A stretch of DNA of 57,122 bases, filler included, from Sphacelaria rigidula (lineage: Eukaryota): NCBI GenBank assembly GCA_964200075.2. It is 4 parts of 4 records of this genome, joined end to end, with 100 filler letters (N's around TTAATTAATTAA, not from the genome) between each part and the next. Parts side by side here need not be neighbours in the genome. Positions count along the whole stretch, not along the records: positions 1 to 14,207 come from CAXNAA020002384.1; positions 14,308 to 28,514 come from CAXNAA020002385.1; 2 more parts are not named here. One strand, given 5' to 3'. Shown one piece after another: positions 12,403 through 25,024 of the stretch (its first letter is position 1; each line of letters starts with the position of its first letter). Made by a program: the position numbers and the translations under genes. The notes under the pieces are model-generated. The model was not told where the DNA came from, did no database searches, and saw only the letters and a program-made list of their open reading frames with translations.

Positions 12403-12799
12403 TAGCATTACTCTGTATCTATCCCTGTGCTCACCTCGTGCTCTATGCTGCAGGGTTGCGGTGGTGGCTGAGAATGAGTTGGATGGAGTTTGCATGATCC
12501 TGTGAACGGGTGTTATTTGGCGTGGCGGTCTGTAAGATAAGAGTGAAGTGCCGCTTCCTGCCTTTCGACTGGCATGTTTTCGATCGAAAAAAAAATGTTT
12601 TTTCACTCGTTGCATTCTTCTCCGCGCGCCGCTACTTATAATTTTGAGTTGAAGCCTTCGAGGAACATAAATGCGGTGGACCTATCAGATCGGCAAAACA
12701 AAATCGACCACACTTTTTTGATCGAAAAAAAAAGGAGGTGAGACAGGCCCTAACAAAGGAAAAGGAAAATAGAAAATTGGAAACGCGATTGCGAAGCAG

Positions 12800-13262
12800 A
12801 GCAATCTATATCTGTATATATATCTATATATATTGCTACACCATGTATTGTGACCGTCTGTTCCCTCGTGTATTGTTCGCCCAAGATATATTGGACGCAT
12901 TGACGCCCCAACATATGGGGGCGGCAATATATATTGGCGCTTCGGGTGTTGAGTATATTGAACCATCGATATATATATATATATATATTAACCTCGTGTG
13001 GCAGCCAATGTATTACTCGACAACTGTATATTAGTGCCTTACCGCACCAACATGTTACTCGGTCAATATATATTGAGGTGGTGCGTGTCGTCATATATTG
13101 TTCGGTCGATAAGTATTGCATGTCCCGAGACTTGACATATTGGTGGCACAACATATATTGGCCCTCTCTCGTGCCATCATATTATATTGCTTGCCCAATA
13201 TATATTGACTGCCCTACGCGTCGACATATTGAGCGGGCAATACATATCACATATTGTATTGT
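12800..13262. repeat. Degenerate array of (A)TATATTG/TGTATTG motifs
   Basis: The motif recurs about every 20-35 bp with variable spacers. Confidence 0.65.
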
Positions 13263-14207
13263 CCAGGGTGTGGAATCTCCACTCCAAGAATCGTCATCAT
13301 TCGCTGTGTGTCTCGTTCGGGGTTTCATGTAGGCTTGAGTATAGACTCTTTCTTCGTAAGGTATAGTAAATATAGATTGCCGTGTGTCCAGGGCGCTTCC
13401 AATTCCAATTTATTTCGGTGTTGGTGATGTGACGTTGCGGTCTCGGACTTCGGCGATGAAACCAGATTGGTCTTGGCTGGGCCCTTCTACTGTAAAACGA
13501 AGGTCTACCCCAAGGGTCTGTCAAAAATATATTCCGGGACACGTAGGCCCCGAGATCGAAAAATCGAGTTTTCGAGGGGGGGGCGGGGGGATAAGGCGGT
13601 GAGGGGACACCCAGCCTGCTGTCCATCAGTTTATTGCCGACGCGTTGGCGGATGCGGTCAGCTGCCGTGTACAGAGATTCTTGGCATAGAGACCGCTGAT
13701 ATGATGGACACACCGCCCCTCCAAGCTCATCACCTACCATGACTACGTTCATGGGATCATGTTCCATGTCGTGTGCCTCGACTACCTACCACTAGCAGCC
13801 CAGGCAAATTTGGCGAGGCGTGAGATAATGTTGGTGCTTTGGCCACAGACTGTCGCTACCGTGTGCTCATGTATTGTACATGGATGTTTGTGAGCGTTGC
13901 CGTAATCCGAGGTCATCGGGACAGAGCGGGCAAGGAGCAGAAGCGAATATACGAACGTTGCAAAGCCCGCCAGACTTTTCGGTTTTCGTCAGTGTTTGTT
14001 GATCAATTTCTTCCAACAATTTCAACGAAAAACAAAACAAAAACACGCGAAAAATCACAAAACACAATGTAAAAAGTAATGACAATTTCCGAAAAATTAC
14101 CGTCCGGCAGGGGGGGGGAGGGGAGGGGGGAGGGGGGGGGGGCACGGGCCAGCGCGGGGCGTCAGGGGGACAGCGCACGCGCAAACCCCGAACGGCCACG
14201 CCCGGTG

Positions 14208-14307
14208 NNNNNNNNNNNNNNNNNNNNNNNNNNNNNNNNNNNNNNNNNNNNTTAATTAATTAANNNNNNNNNNNNNNNNNNNNNNNNNNNNNNNNNNNNN
14301 NNNNNNN
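14208..14307. other. Artificial contig-join linker
   Basis: N44-TTAATTAATTAA-N44, with stops in all six frames. Confidence 0.97.
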
Positions 14308-14849
14308 GTGATTGGGTAGGTCGCTCGAAGACTTATTTTTTATTATTCCACCAACACAGGGTCAACCCTGTGTTAGTGGGGGTCCGGTCCAAAAGGGGTT
14401 AACTGAATGCTTTAGGTCAGACAGACCTCGCACATAATTCATGTTACGCTTCAGTGTTGACATCCGATTGGTTTGCCCCGCCGCTCGAATCTTCCGTGGA
14501 GTCAGTCGAGAGACTGAACTTGTTCGGTCTCAACCTCCCTACATGTTTTTGCGCTCATGAATAAATATTTGGAACCGAGATGAACGCTCAAACGCTTCTG
14601 GCAAGAGCTTCCACTTCTACGTCCTTGCAGGGTTGATTTCGTCGTAGATCGGTCTTCGCCTTATGGTGGGTCAGCCTTTTTACAGATTTCACCGAGCGTC
14701 TTACCGGGTCGAAACAGGTGATAATCTTCACCACAATAAAACGTACGAACTGGATATTTTGCAACAGCTTGTCATCTCCAAGGCTTTTGTTTATACGGGG
14801 CATTAGTCATCCCGAGGGCGCAGAGTTCGCAAGGGTGTTTTGGATTGAA

Positions 14850-15115
14850 TACCCGGGTATTTACTCTCCCGAGTTTTGTGTTGCGATGGTCCCATCTCCG
14901 ACACCTACCCAGTATTTTTTGGGTATAGTCCGGTACGATCGCAAGGATGTGTTGGGTAGGGCACATATATACCCGGGTATTTGCTCTGTCGATTTTTGTG
15001 TGACCTCTACCCAATTATCGGGGAGAGTTAGGTACGATCGCAATACTCTAGCGTTATCCGGATATTGTTGAGTGCGATCTTGATACAGTAGCCTACCCGA
15101 GTTTCGGGTTCTTGG
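14850..15115. repeat. Dispersed repeat with internal tandem duplication; related copy at about 34075-34215
   Basis: ATACCCGGGTATTT(A/G)CTCT...TACCCA...GGTACGATCGCAA occurs twice about 120 bp apart. GGGTATTTACTCTCCCGA recurs at about 34079. Confidence 0.65.
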
Positions 15116-16159
15116 AGAACGATTTTTCAAAATGCCCAAATGTGGGAAATACCCTACCCCACACACCCGTGCAGAGTTGACGAAAATAGGAGCACTTCTT
15201 TCGAATGTCAATTTCTCTGGTGACAAAAAACATGGAGGCCCCACGGCACCGATCGCGTCGTCGTTGGAAGCTGAGGGAGCGATATACAGCACCGAGAATG
15301 AATGCCTCCACTGATGTGTTGTTGTTGTGGTTGTTGTTGTTGTTGTTGCTTTTGTTGTTGTCTTCACATGATAAATCGTTCCGATATCTGCGCAGTACTC
15401 TGTCTTGGGCATCTGATGCGGACGCCTTTCGTGTTCGCAAGCTAACTACCCCAAGCTAGGGTATAAAAAAAGCATAAAATAAAACCGGACCCAGAAGCAA
15501 TTCACGCAGGCGCGATACAAAATAATTGAAAAAAAAAATTACTAAAAAAAAAAAAAACGAGGAAGAAAAAAGGCACACAGTGTTTGATGTATTGGCACAG
15601 CACACACGCGAGCTTGTCGTATATTGAAGCTGCAAGGTTGACATGATGTTCTTCTTTATTTTCCTACAGAGATGCGAAATATAAGTCGTGTCAGCTCAAG
15701 TGAAAATAGCGGCGCACAGGCGGTCTCAGGTTTGTGAAAAATGCACACCCACAGACCGCGAACAGCCACGTCCAAGTCAACATTGTGGCGGGTATTTCAA
15801 CGACAGAGTGCCACCCTCCTCTGTGTCGCCACCTCTACACTGCGGAACAGTGCGGGGCAGGGTCATCTCGCATTTGAGATGCGTGCTGATCTGCCTGTAG
15901 CAGTACTCAACACAGGCAGCACGCGATAGTGCATTACCTTAACACTCCACGACGGAACTTGGTGAAGTCGTCGCGGAGGGGGGGGGGTATACTCATGATC
16001 TTGCATATCGTAGACATGAGACCATCACACCTTCTACAATGCATTACATCGTCGAAAATTGTACTGCGTTCAGCATAGAATCTGTTGTTTATTACAATAG
16101 ACGCAATAGTCGATATTGTATGCAGTACACTTTTTGTAGGCTATTGTCATTATCCAGGG

Positions 16160-16282
16160 TGTGAAGACCATCACCTCGCATCCCACACAGCGGGGACGGA
16201 GCACGCCGGGTTTTCGCCGGACCAGGCTCGCTATCACAAAGCGCGAAGTGCCGTGATATGTTCGGCGAGTCGCATGAGGGAG
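16160..16282. repeat. Dispersed repeat; inverted copy at about 20812-20931
   Basis: CCTCGCATCCC...GGGTTTTCGCCG...GTTCGGCGAGTCGCATGA is the reverse complement of TCATGCGACTCGCCGAAC...CGGCGAAAACCC...GGGATGCGAGG. Confidence 0.75.
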
Positions 16283-17275
16283 ATTATGCGTCCTGCTGAA
16301 ACTGTTCGAACCCGAAGCGTACTAATTATCTTGTATATGGATGGCAGCCTCTCGTCGCGGGGAAGGGGAGGGAGGGGGCGGGGGGCGGCATTCATTTGCT
16401 GCTTGCCTTGGTCGTTGACCAATGCCCACGCATCCCTTTTAAGACGGAGCTCGTCACAGGGGGGGGAGGTCGTCGAGGAATGCCTGAGGATTGTTTGCTG
16501 GAAAAGCACTGATGAAAACCGCTCTGATCACCTTGGCACCTATAGAAGTCTTGTGCGACTCGTGGATACAGTCACATGAAATAAAATCCACATCTTCGTG
16601 AAAAAATCGCTGCCGGGCGATCAAAATCAGCCTCTTGCCTACTACCATCGTACGACTAGGCACCATTGTCTTTCCTGATGCGTCCTTGTCTTTTCAGCAC
16701 CGCGGTATTCGATTATTTTGGTTTGAACTGATGTCGCGTAGGGCAAACGATGATATAGCAACATTCAACATTCAAGAACGAACTCTCCTTCATCGCGGCT
16801 TTTTCTATCTTTCATCGCCGCACGTACATGTTCCGACATTTGACGGTCTCTCAGTATTCTTTTTGTGCGATTTGCGTTCTTCTAATCGTTTCACATCTTG
16901 AACAAGAAATTAAAAAAAGATGAGCGCCTCTACCTATGATGGAAATCAAATGGACCTGAATTAATCTTGATGAAAGCGAGTGCTTTGCTGAGCAGGCTTC
17001 CTTATGTTCTTCCTCTTTCACCTTTCAATATAGATACATATATATATCCAAGCACGTTGTTCGATTTGATTTTTCTTGGCTATGTGATACCTCGGGTGAG
17101 TTTCACCTACCCTTAGTCAGTGACCTATCTTCCCGGCTGAGTGATAAGTTCCACACGAACCTCACCGGCACAAATCCAGCCGCAGCCACAGCCTAGCCCA
17201 TAATACCTTAAATAAACCTGACACGTATTGGCGCGTTGCCTCCTTATTTTTCGTTGCTTTGGACGTACGTGACAG

Positions 17276-19544
17276 GTAGTACTCCAACTCAAGGCGATGG
17301 GAATTGAAGACCCATCGACGTTTGACTACGTCACGCCGCCGACTCCCTCATCGCTGCTGAAGGCCCTCCAGACGCTTGTGATGCTGGGTGCTCTGGATAA
17401 GCGGCAACATGTTACTCCCGATGGAAAGAAGATGGCGGCTCTGCCTCTCGACCCCGCCTTCGCTCACCTACTCATCAGGTGAAATTTTTTATCCGCGGTA
17501 GCTGGAAAGGGTTAGCCGGAGCAAAGAATGATGATAGTGTACATTCGCACTTGGGGGTAACTCGGGTTAGCCGTAGCTGCAAAATGAATCCTAGAACGCA
17601 CCCTTCGGTTTGTATTCGGATTTCCAGCTGGAAACGAATCACTACGGTACACGCCTCCGTTTTGGTTAGGGTTAGCTTCAAATACATAATATGCTGCAAT
17701 AAACGCCTTGATATCAAGTTGGGTCAGCTGGAAATGCTACGATACGCAGTCTTGTTTAGTCTTGGGTACGTCCATCATGTGACCAGGGCTGTACCCCCGG
17801 GGGTCAGTTGAAGTGCGACAATCAATCTATCAATCAATCTACACGCCTTGATTTTAATTCGGGGTAGCTTGAAGTGAACACGACAATAGTTTCTCCGGTC
17901 GCCCCGGTAGCTCGATTGGTAATCTTGAAACCCCTCTGACGGTTGGAACGTGGGTTCGAATATGGGTGAAGTCACACGATCTGGGATTATTGGTCACATT
18001 CATGCCCAACAGCGGAGAGCGACTATGTCGTGGATACACACGTTTTCGACTTGATGGTCGACGAGGGAAAAGGATTGCTGAACCGATATCGCGATTAGGA
18101 AGGTAAGCACCACAGAAGGACGGTGGAGTACTAAAATAGAAGTTACAACAAAAAATTCTTGAGTTGACCTTCCTCCTGTGTGACCCCGGCTGATGCCCCT
18201 ATATACACCGAAAGGTATAGACTGGCGTTCAGAATATATGGGATCACAATATACCCCTTGATTTCAATTTGAATCAACTAGATGGACACATTACACAATA
18301 TATATAGATGTATATATACGCTCATCAGGCTATTTTGTTGACCCTTTGACTGCGAGCAGTCAATTTGAGTCAATACCGGCCACTACGAACGCTTTGTGTC
18401 TCTCGTTTGTTGTTTTTGTTGTTGTTGTTGTCATCATCAATGATCGTGCTGCAGTAAAGATCCATGAGCAGTCTCGCGGTGGAAGAGGTTCTAGGACAAA
18501 AGGATGTATTCTCTCTCTTCCTTCTCTCGTCTATTTTCTCCATGCGGCGCATTCGCCTACTGATCCTGGTTTCGCTTCGGGGATCTCACACCAGACGGAT
18601 AACAGCGGCCCCGCTCCGTGACCGGCCCTTCGCCGACGTGACCATTTTAGTTCCATTCCCCCTGCTGACAAAGTTTCACGCGGTTTTGTGAGTTAGCAGC
18701 GACAACAAGCAGCAACGGCTTTCGTGAGGAAATAATTATAATGCCGCCGTCGACTCCGGTATCGGTGACTAGAGTGCAGCAATCCTTGTTGCACCTTACT
18801 CTGTGACGAGAGAAAAAGCTGCCAGAAAGGCGGCAAGAGGCGCTCGTGACGCTTTGAGCCCTTCGAAGCCTCAGGTCGTCCATCGCAGAGACGGGCTACT
18901 TTCGATGGAGAAACACAAAGATGAGATGCACCGGAACGTGTTAACATTTGTCCGGTGCCCTTGGTCCAATAGTTTTCGTCGTGCGCTTCGTGTAATCGGC
19001 GATTTGTGCAACGACATCAAGATCTGACACGCTACGTCATATTACCTTTCTATTGCGCATTTCGTGCATCTGCTCGTCAGATGCCCGGCTAGATAAAGCT
19101 CGGGGTGTCTCTCACGCCGCAAGTTACGAGCTTGAAAAAATAACCTTTTGTTCTTGTCCGTTTCCCGCTTGTTGGTATCGTTGGTGTAGTTGGACTGCAG
19201 GCCTGAGTGTGCCTCCGCGTTTTGTTGGTGTGTTGTGGGGATCAATTTCGGAGAGAGCGATGTTTCGGGGGGATGCTCGGCCTCAAGCAACAGCGCAGAG
19301 GCTATTGCTGTGGCCCTTGGCGTGGTCGTAGAAACGCTCGTAATATTTACGTTGGCCTATCTTGCGGCGAGCGGACTGTTGATTGATTATCTCACATTAG
19401 TTGATTGCAACAATCCAGCCCGTGGTCAGGAGCAGCAAAAACAAAAACAGAATAATGAAGGAAAAAAGAAAGAAAGGAACAGAAAAAGCCAGAGGCAACG
19501 GCCTCAGAAAGGAAAGAAAGGGAGCAGCGATAACAACAACAAAC

Positions 19545-19576
<32 letters not shown>

Positions 19577-22500
19577 ACAACAGCAATGTGTGTTGTGTGT
19601 GTGTGTGTGTTGTCCCATCTATTCTGGGTGCCGGTCTACACCTTTCGGTGTATGTGGGCGCAACAGCCGGGGTCACACAGGAGGAAGGTCAACACAGGAG
19701 CTTTTTCTCTTTCATTCGTTTTTGATGCCCCACATTCCCTCTGCGGTGCTTGCCTTTATTATTTTTTATCGCGAGAGGGGTTCAGCAATCCCTTTCCCTC
19801 GTCGACAGTCAAGTTGAATTTTGTGTACCCACGACGTTGTCGCTCTCCACTGTGGGGCATTATGTGATGAAAAAATCCCAGATCGCTCCGAGAATTGAAC
19901 CAACGGCCCAACCGTCAGAAAGTTTCGAGATTACCAACTGAGCCACCGGGGCGACCGGCTCAGCAATTACAACAAAATAACGACAAACACAAACACGATC
20001 ACAAACAGAAATAACACGAGAAGATGGCGATCTCGCATTACGTAGCTGATGTGCAACACTGACTATAATTTGATCGATATATCATGCAGTAAGTCAGTCG
20101 TTGCTATCGTCCACCACACTTGACGCTCACCTGTCCCCCGATTCTCGCCTGCGCTGGTGCACCCTATCCGTGTCTTCCTCGGTTTGATGTAGTGGCGTGT
20201 ATACATCTGCTATCTGTCTTGGAGTCATCCTATGACAAGGGGACGGGGTATTTAGGGTCATTTCTTCCACGAAATTTCATGTCAAACCGTCCTTGAAAAA
20301 ACAGCGACCGCGGTTCGAACGCGCTTGTTACCGATAAGTAACACTCACTCATACTGCTTGACATTTTTTTCACCCAAATACAAGCGCTCCGCGAGTGCGT
20401 TGAATCGTCTGACACACCTGTGAGCCCTTTTTTCGTGGGATCAACCCCCCCCCTCTCCCTCGATGGGGTTGGCGTCGGTTGGCGATGACGCTATAAAACG
20501 CGCCACTCACTGCGTAAGCTAGGCAACCAGGTCGTCGTTTTTGTTTTGCTCGCTTGCGTTTTTTTTAGAGTAGCCATGATGGTAGTCGGGCTAGATAATG
20601 TTGTGCGGCGTGGAAGAACCTCAACTCCGCACTAAGGGAGTAATCGTATGATGTAGTGTTTCAATGGTGAGACACACATGAGGCAGTGTAAAAGCCGTGG
20701 GTGTCGCAGGAGGTGGCGATACCAGAAAATAGAGCAACTCATTGTAGGCTGTCATCCAAATGCAAGATAATCAGTAGGCTTTGGGCCGAACAATCTCACC
20801 AGGATGCAGCTTACCCTTCATGCGACTCGCCGAACCCACCACGGCGCTTGGTGATTGAGTGCGAGCCTGATTCGGCGAAAACCCGGAGTGCACCGTCCCG
20901 GCTTTGTAGGGATGCGAGGTCAATGGTCTTATGACTATGGCATAAATGATCATGAGTACACCCCCCTCTCACTCTGTTGTATAGGATGACTCTCTGGGGG
21001 GCCTCGCGGAATGTGCAGTTGTGAGGAGTCGCGATGAAATGCGCCCAGCCGCCCCTACCTCAAATTGCGTCCGATCCTGATGTGCGATTCTCTTCGAGCA
21101 GGTCGGCGGAACCGAGGTTCGCGTGTGTCAAGGAGGTGCTGACGACGGTAGCGTGCTTGTCTGCGGAAAATCTGCTGTTCTATCCGCCACAGGTAAGCCC
21201 GATCAGATGACTCATTGCCGTCGTGATGTTATCACGTAAACGGTATTTGTCGTGTGTTTCAAGGTACGTACTTGATGCCAGGGGGTCTGTCGTTGGCAAC
21301 ACAATGCCCATTTTGTTTGTAATGGACACCATTTTCCTCCCAACCGAGCGTAATTGCGCTACAATGCGTTCTCTCTTCTTTTTTCGTCGATTGGAGCATT
21401 TCGTGCGTCAAGTCAGACGTGTTATTATTATTTTTCTGTGCGTACGCTTGTCGGGGTGCGTTTTTGGATACCCGGAGGTCGAGGTATCTGCAGTTAGTTT
21501 CTCTTGCGTTGGCGACCACTCACCCCGTTTCAAACCTTGTTTTCTTGTTTGTTGCGCTCATTCTATCGTGCGTCTGAGCCCCCCCCTCCCCTTCCTTCTC
21601 GTTCGTGATGTTTTGTCTGTTTTTTATTTTACCTCAGGAGGATGCCAAGAGAGCGGCGCAGGAGGCGCACAAGGGGTTTGCGGCGTACGAGGGTGACCTG
21701 CCCACCCTTCTCAACATTTACGACGGCTATCTTAAAGTGAGTGTGCTCAAGGTGCCGTCGCAACGACGCCTATCTCGAGACGCTAGAATGCTCAATGGGT
21801 TTTACAGAGCCGGGGATGAGATTGGTTTATGCGCAAGACCTCTTTCACCGAAACCATATGGCAGAGGCCGATCATTTATTAGATTTTTTCTGTTTTTTCT
21901 ACGCTCAGTTTACTCTGTTTATCTGCTTTACCCCCTTTTGTTTTTCTTCTTCTCATTTCCTTTAGTGAGTTACGTCTGTCATGCGGATAATGACCAAAGC
22001 TGGATCATGACTCCTGGGCAGTCAGTCAACGTGCGACAATAAATTGATCATTCGATAGAAGTATGCCAAATACGACTATTTCAAGGCATGGGTGTCGAAC
22101 ATGCCATCTTAGGGTCGGGTATCTCGGGGTAAGTGACCCTAGCGTGTCATCTCAGCGATGTCAAATCTCGGGAGGTGTGCTCGGCAGGCTTGTCTCGCAG
22201 AGCGGGTTCGCTGAACGTTTTGCGTTCTTGTGGATGCTTCTTTCCTTGATGTGTTGTACGTCGTCTACGGAACAACAATCGCTCTTCACTACCTGCATGA
22301 ATGCGTCGATGCGAAGCGATATTGTGGATGCTCTCTTTCGTGGGTCGTTTGATCCCACTGCGTGTATTTTTTCGCATCCCTGTATCGTGGGGCCGTGACT
22401 CCCTCGAGGAAGTCAGGCATCTCCACCGTTTGTCTTGGCTATACGAAGACAGGCCGTAGACGTTGAGAAGGGCCATCTCATTTAGTTTATTGAGTTATTG

Positions 22501-25024
22501 TCGCACTTCAACTGACCCCCCAGGTAGTCATGATCCAGCCGCGGCCGCATGGTAGACGTGATCAAGAAAAAACTAATCTGAAACAGAAATATTCGCCGAA
22601 GAAAAAAAAAGAACAGAAGAAGTCGAACAGAACGACATAGCAGACGACGACGAAAAAAATGAAATAAAATGGAATCTCACGCCCTGATATAACTCTCTCG
22701 CGGTAGCTATAGCAAGACGGACACGTACGTTCGACTTCTCGTGATAGCCGCAGTGGAAGGAGGTGCACTTGTCGCACGTGGCCTTGCCGGACCAATGATT
22801 TCACCCTCCGACATTTGGCGACGCTCGCATTGATCCACCCGTCTGTGATTTTTGGTGGCGACAGGAGCGGAATGACCGAACTTGGTGCAGGAGAAACTTC
22901 ATCAATGGGAGGTCAATTGCGAGGGCCGTGGACGTCAGAGACCAGCTGGCCAAGATCATGCGTGATCAACTACGCATGGATCCTGAGGTAAAATGTTCCC
23001 AAACGCTTGCGAGAAACTGACAATGGCTTGAATTGGTGCAAAAGGGACCACATGTATCGCGGTTGCGCGCATCCAGTTGTTCCATGCGTGTATGTGCGTA
23101 TTCTCGGGGTATGTGTACTGCCTAATCCTCCAGGAGAGGTGGAGTGTGGACTGCGTGACTGCTGAATACTCCAGAGTATGCAGGAAATCGATTGTCGAAA
23201 GTACTAAATTCCTCAGGGCACCTCAGATGCCGCCCCCCCCCGAAGTAATTTCTGTGGTACCTGGAGTATTGAGTACTACGGATACCCTGGAAAGTACCTG
23301 CCGTAAAAACGAAGTATGCCAGGGTGCACAGCCTATCTACTTTTTTTGTCGCACTTTGGACCCCTTCCCTTCCTCGAGCCGAGTCCGTGATCTCAAGGGA
23401 TCAACCCAACTCTCCCCGGTACACGCCTTTCATTTTGGTCTCGCGGATTGGGTCAGCACTCCCGCACCGCATCAACTCTCGCCAAGCAGACTCAGTCAAC
23501 TACTGCTGCTGTACTGCCGGAAGCACCGGGTGCCTCAGCACGATATCGGCGATAAGAAGTACTCAGTACCCGTGGTATCGACACCTCACGACACCCTACT
23601 TTGTACTGTATCCTACCCTACCCCTGACACCTTTTCAATCTGCGTACACCCTTTCCTCAGGAATCTTGCGGGGCGGAGAGAGTCCAATACCTAAGGTGCT
23701 TGGTGGCAGGATTGTTCACAAATATGGCCGTGCGGAAGCCCACAGCCAGCGGCGGCGGGCGTGGCTGCTATCGCACGGTGGTCGGCGGTAGGGAGGCCTT
23801 GATACACCCTTCGTCAACCCTGTGGCGACGAAATCCTCCCGCGAAAGCGGTCGTGTATACAGAACTGCTGTCCACTACCAAGGAGGTGAGTCAAAAGATG
23901 GGGCTATTTTACCGGCGCTGGGCTACAAATGTTATGATTGACACAATTTTACACGTCTCGCTACCCCTAACCCTAACCCCAATCCAATGCATACCGAGAA
24001 CCCTCGGGCAAGGGCGGTAATCTCCCAGACAATGTGCGGCCTTGGTAGACCCCAAATCGGCACCTGTGGCACCGATTTCAACGGAAACGCGTCCTGCGCA
24101 TCGCGAGGAGCACACGGGACTGCCAGCCCCACTAAAAACCCGACTCTCGTTGTTAAGACTGAAATCAAGTGATATCAACCATTAATAATTGTAGCCCAAC
24201 ACCGGTGAACTCTACTGAAAAATATGGTGTCTTCGTTGCTTCCCTTAGCCGTGGTGATGTTGTTGTTCCATCTTCAAAGCACGTGCACGACCTGGTGTCT
24301 CGCTCTCTTGGGGTAGAGGATGAACGAAAACATCCAGCCGCTCCGTTCGGATCCATTCCGTGCCTGCGGTTCATTCAGATACCCGGGGTATTTTGGCTGC
24401 ATTCGTCAGATATCCGGCTCATTAATCTAGGATTCGTAACACGCAGGGATCTTCGTTCGTTGTTCACCGAGCACCCATAGCACCCCCGCCCGAACGTGGT
24501 TCGCATATGACGAGCAGTTGGGCCGGCGTTTTTGACCAGTAATGCGGGTTAGCACGGATCCATGTCCCAAGGTTTTGTTTCGTGAGGCCTATCGTGGAAC
24601 CAGTGAAGGCCCAGAAACAGCGAAAGTATGTGTATGTGTGGACGTCGCCTCTGATGTACATTTTGCTTTTACTTTTTTTTTGCTCGCGATCAAAGACATG
24701 CGAGTTAACGCGCAACCTGCTATGATGTTTTTTTTTTAAATATCCGAGTTTCTATGTGATTCATCGTGTCACTGTTTGCTGCGACTGTTTCGTGTTTCAT
24801 CACTTCGGCTGCGCTTCCTCGTTTTTGTTGTCGTGAGTGGAATGGATATGGATATGTACCACGGCACGTTATTTTATCGCGGTTGCGTCTTTGTATTTTT
24901 TCGTCTGTGTTCGTGAAAAACACACCGCACGCAGTTCATCAAGACAGTCACGGCTGTGGACGGCGCATGGCTAAGCGAACTGGTGCCGAGGTTTTTCAAA
25001 ACACCAGGAGCGAGGAGTACGTAA
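17276..25024 (+). CDS. DHX33: DEAH-box RNA helicase, DHX33-like, C-terminal half (HA2 and OB-fold). Six exons: 17276-17478, 21102-21192, 21638-21736, 22865-22987, 23661-23885, 24935-25024. The 5' exons were not found in this contig.
   Basis: All introns are GT-AG with consistent phases (2,0,0,0,0). The spliced protein reads VVLQLKAMGIEDPSTFDYVTPP...LGALD...GKKMAALPLDPAFA / EVLTTVACLSAE / FAAYEGDLPTLLNIY / WCRRNFINGRS..DVRDQL / RCLVAGLF...IHPSSTL...VVYTELLSTTKE / FIKTVTAVDGAWLSELVPRFF..*. The family call is firm; the DHX33 orthology rests on recalled similarity only. Confidence 0.9.
17895..18250 (+). mobile_element. tRNA-derived SINE, copy 1 (intronic)
   Basis: The head has box A-like TAGCTCGATTGG and box B-like GGTTCGAAT. 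About 350 bp align to the reverse complement of 19589-19959. Confidence 0.8.
19589..19959 (-). mobile_element. tRNA-derived SINE, copy 2, with (CA)n tail
   Basis: The minus strand begins GCCGGTCGCCCCGGTGGCTCAGTTGGTAATC (box A), has GGTTCAATTC (box B) and ends GATGGGACAACACACACAC. Confidence 0.82.
23365..23480 (-). mobile_element. 3' part of a second SINE-like dispersed repeat; other copies at about 40315-40390, 42385-42475 and 42705-42820
   Basis: Shared segment GCGGTGCGGGAGTGCTGA(C/T)CCAATCCGCGAG...GGGTTGATCCCTTGAGA. Confidence 0.75.

Noticed and set aside
15670..15729. Possible upstream helicase exon (AG...GT bounded)
   Set aside because: No frame gives DEAH motifs such as QRAGRAGR or PEI.R..L.
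17895..17965. tRNA gene
   Set aside because: Boxes A and B are present, but there is no convincing cloverleaf, and homology to the second copy extends about 280 bp further to a microsatellite tail, which indicates a SINE.
19190..19867. 225-aa ORF with poly-Q/H tract
   Set aside because: It is intronic and built from (CAA)n/(CAC)n microsatellites and an antisense SINE.
23965..23979. Telomeric repeat (CCCTAA)n
   Set aside because: Only about 2.5 units, inside an intron.
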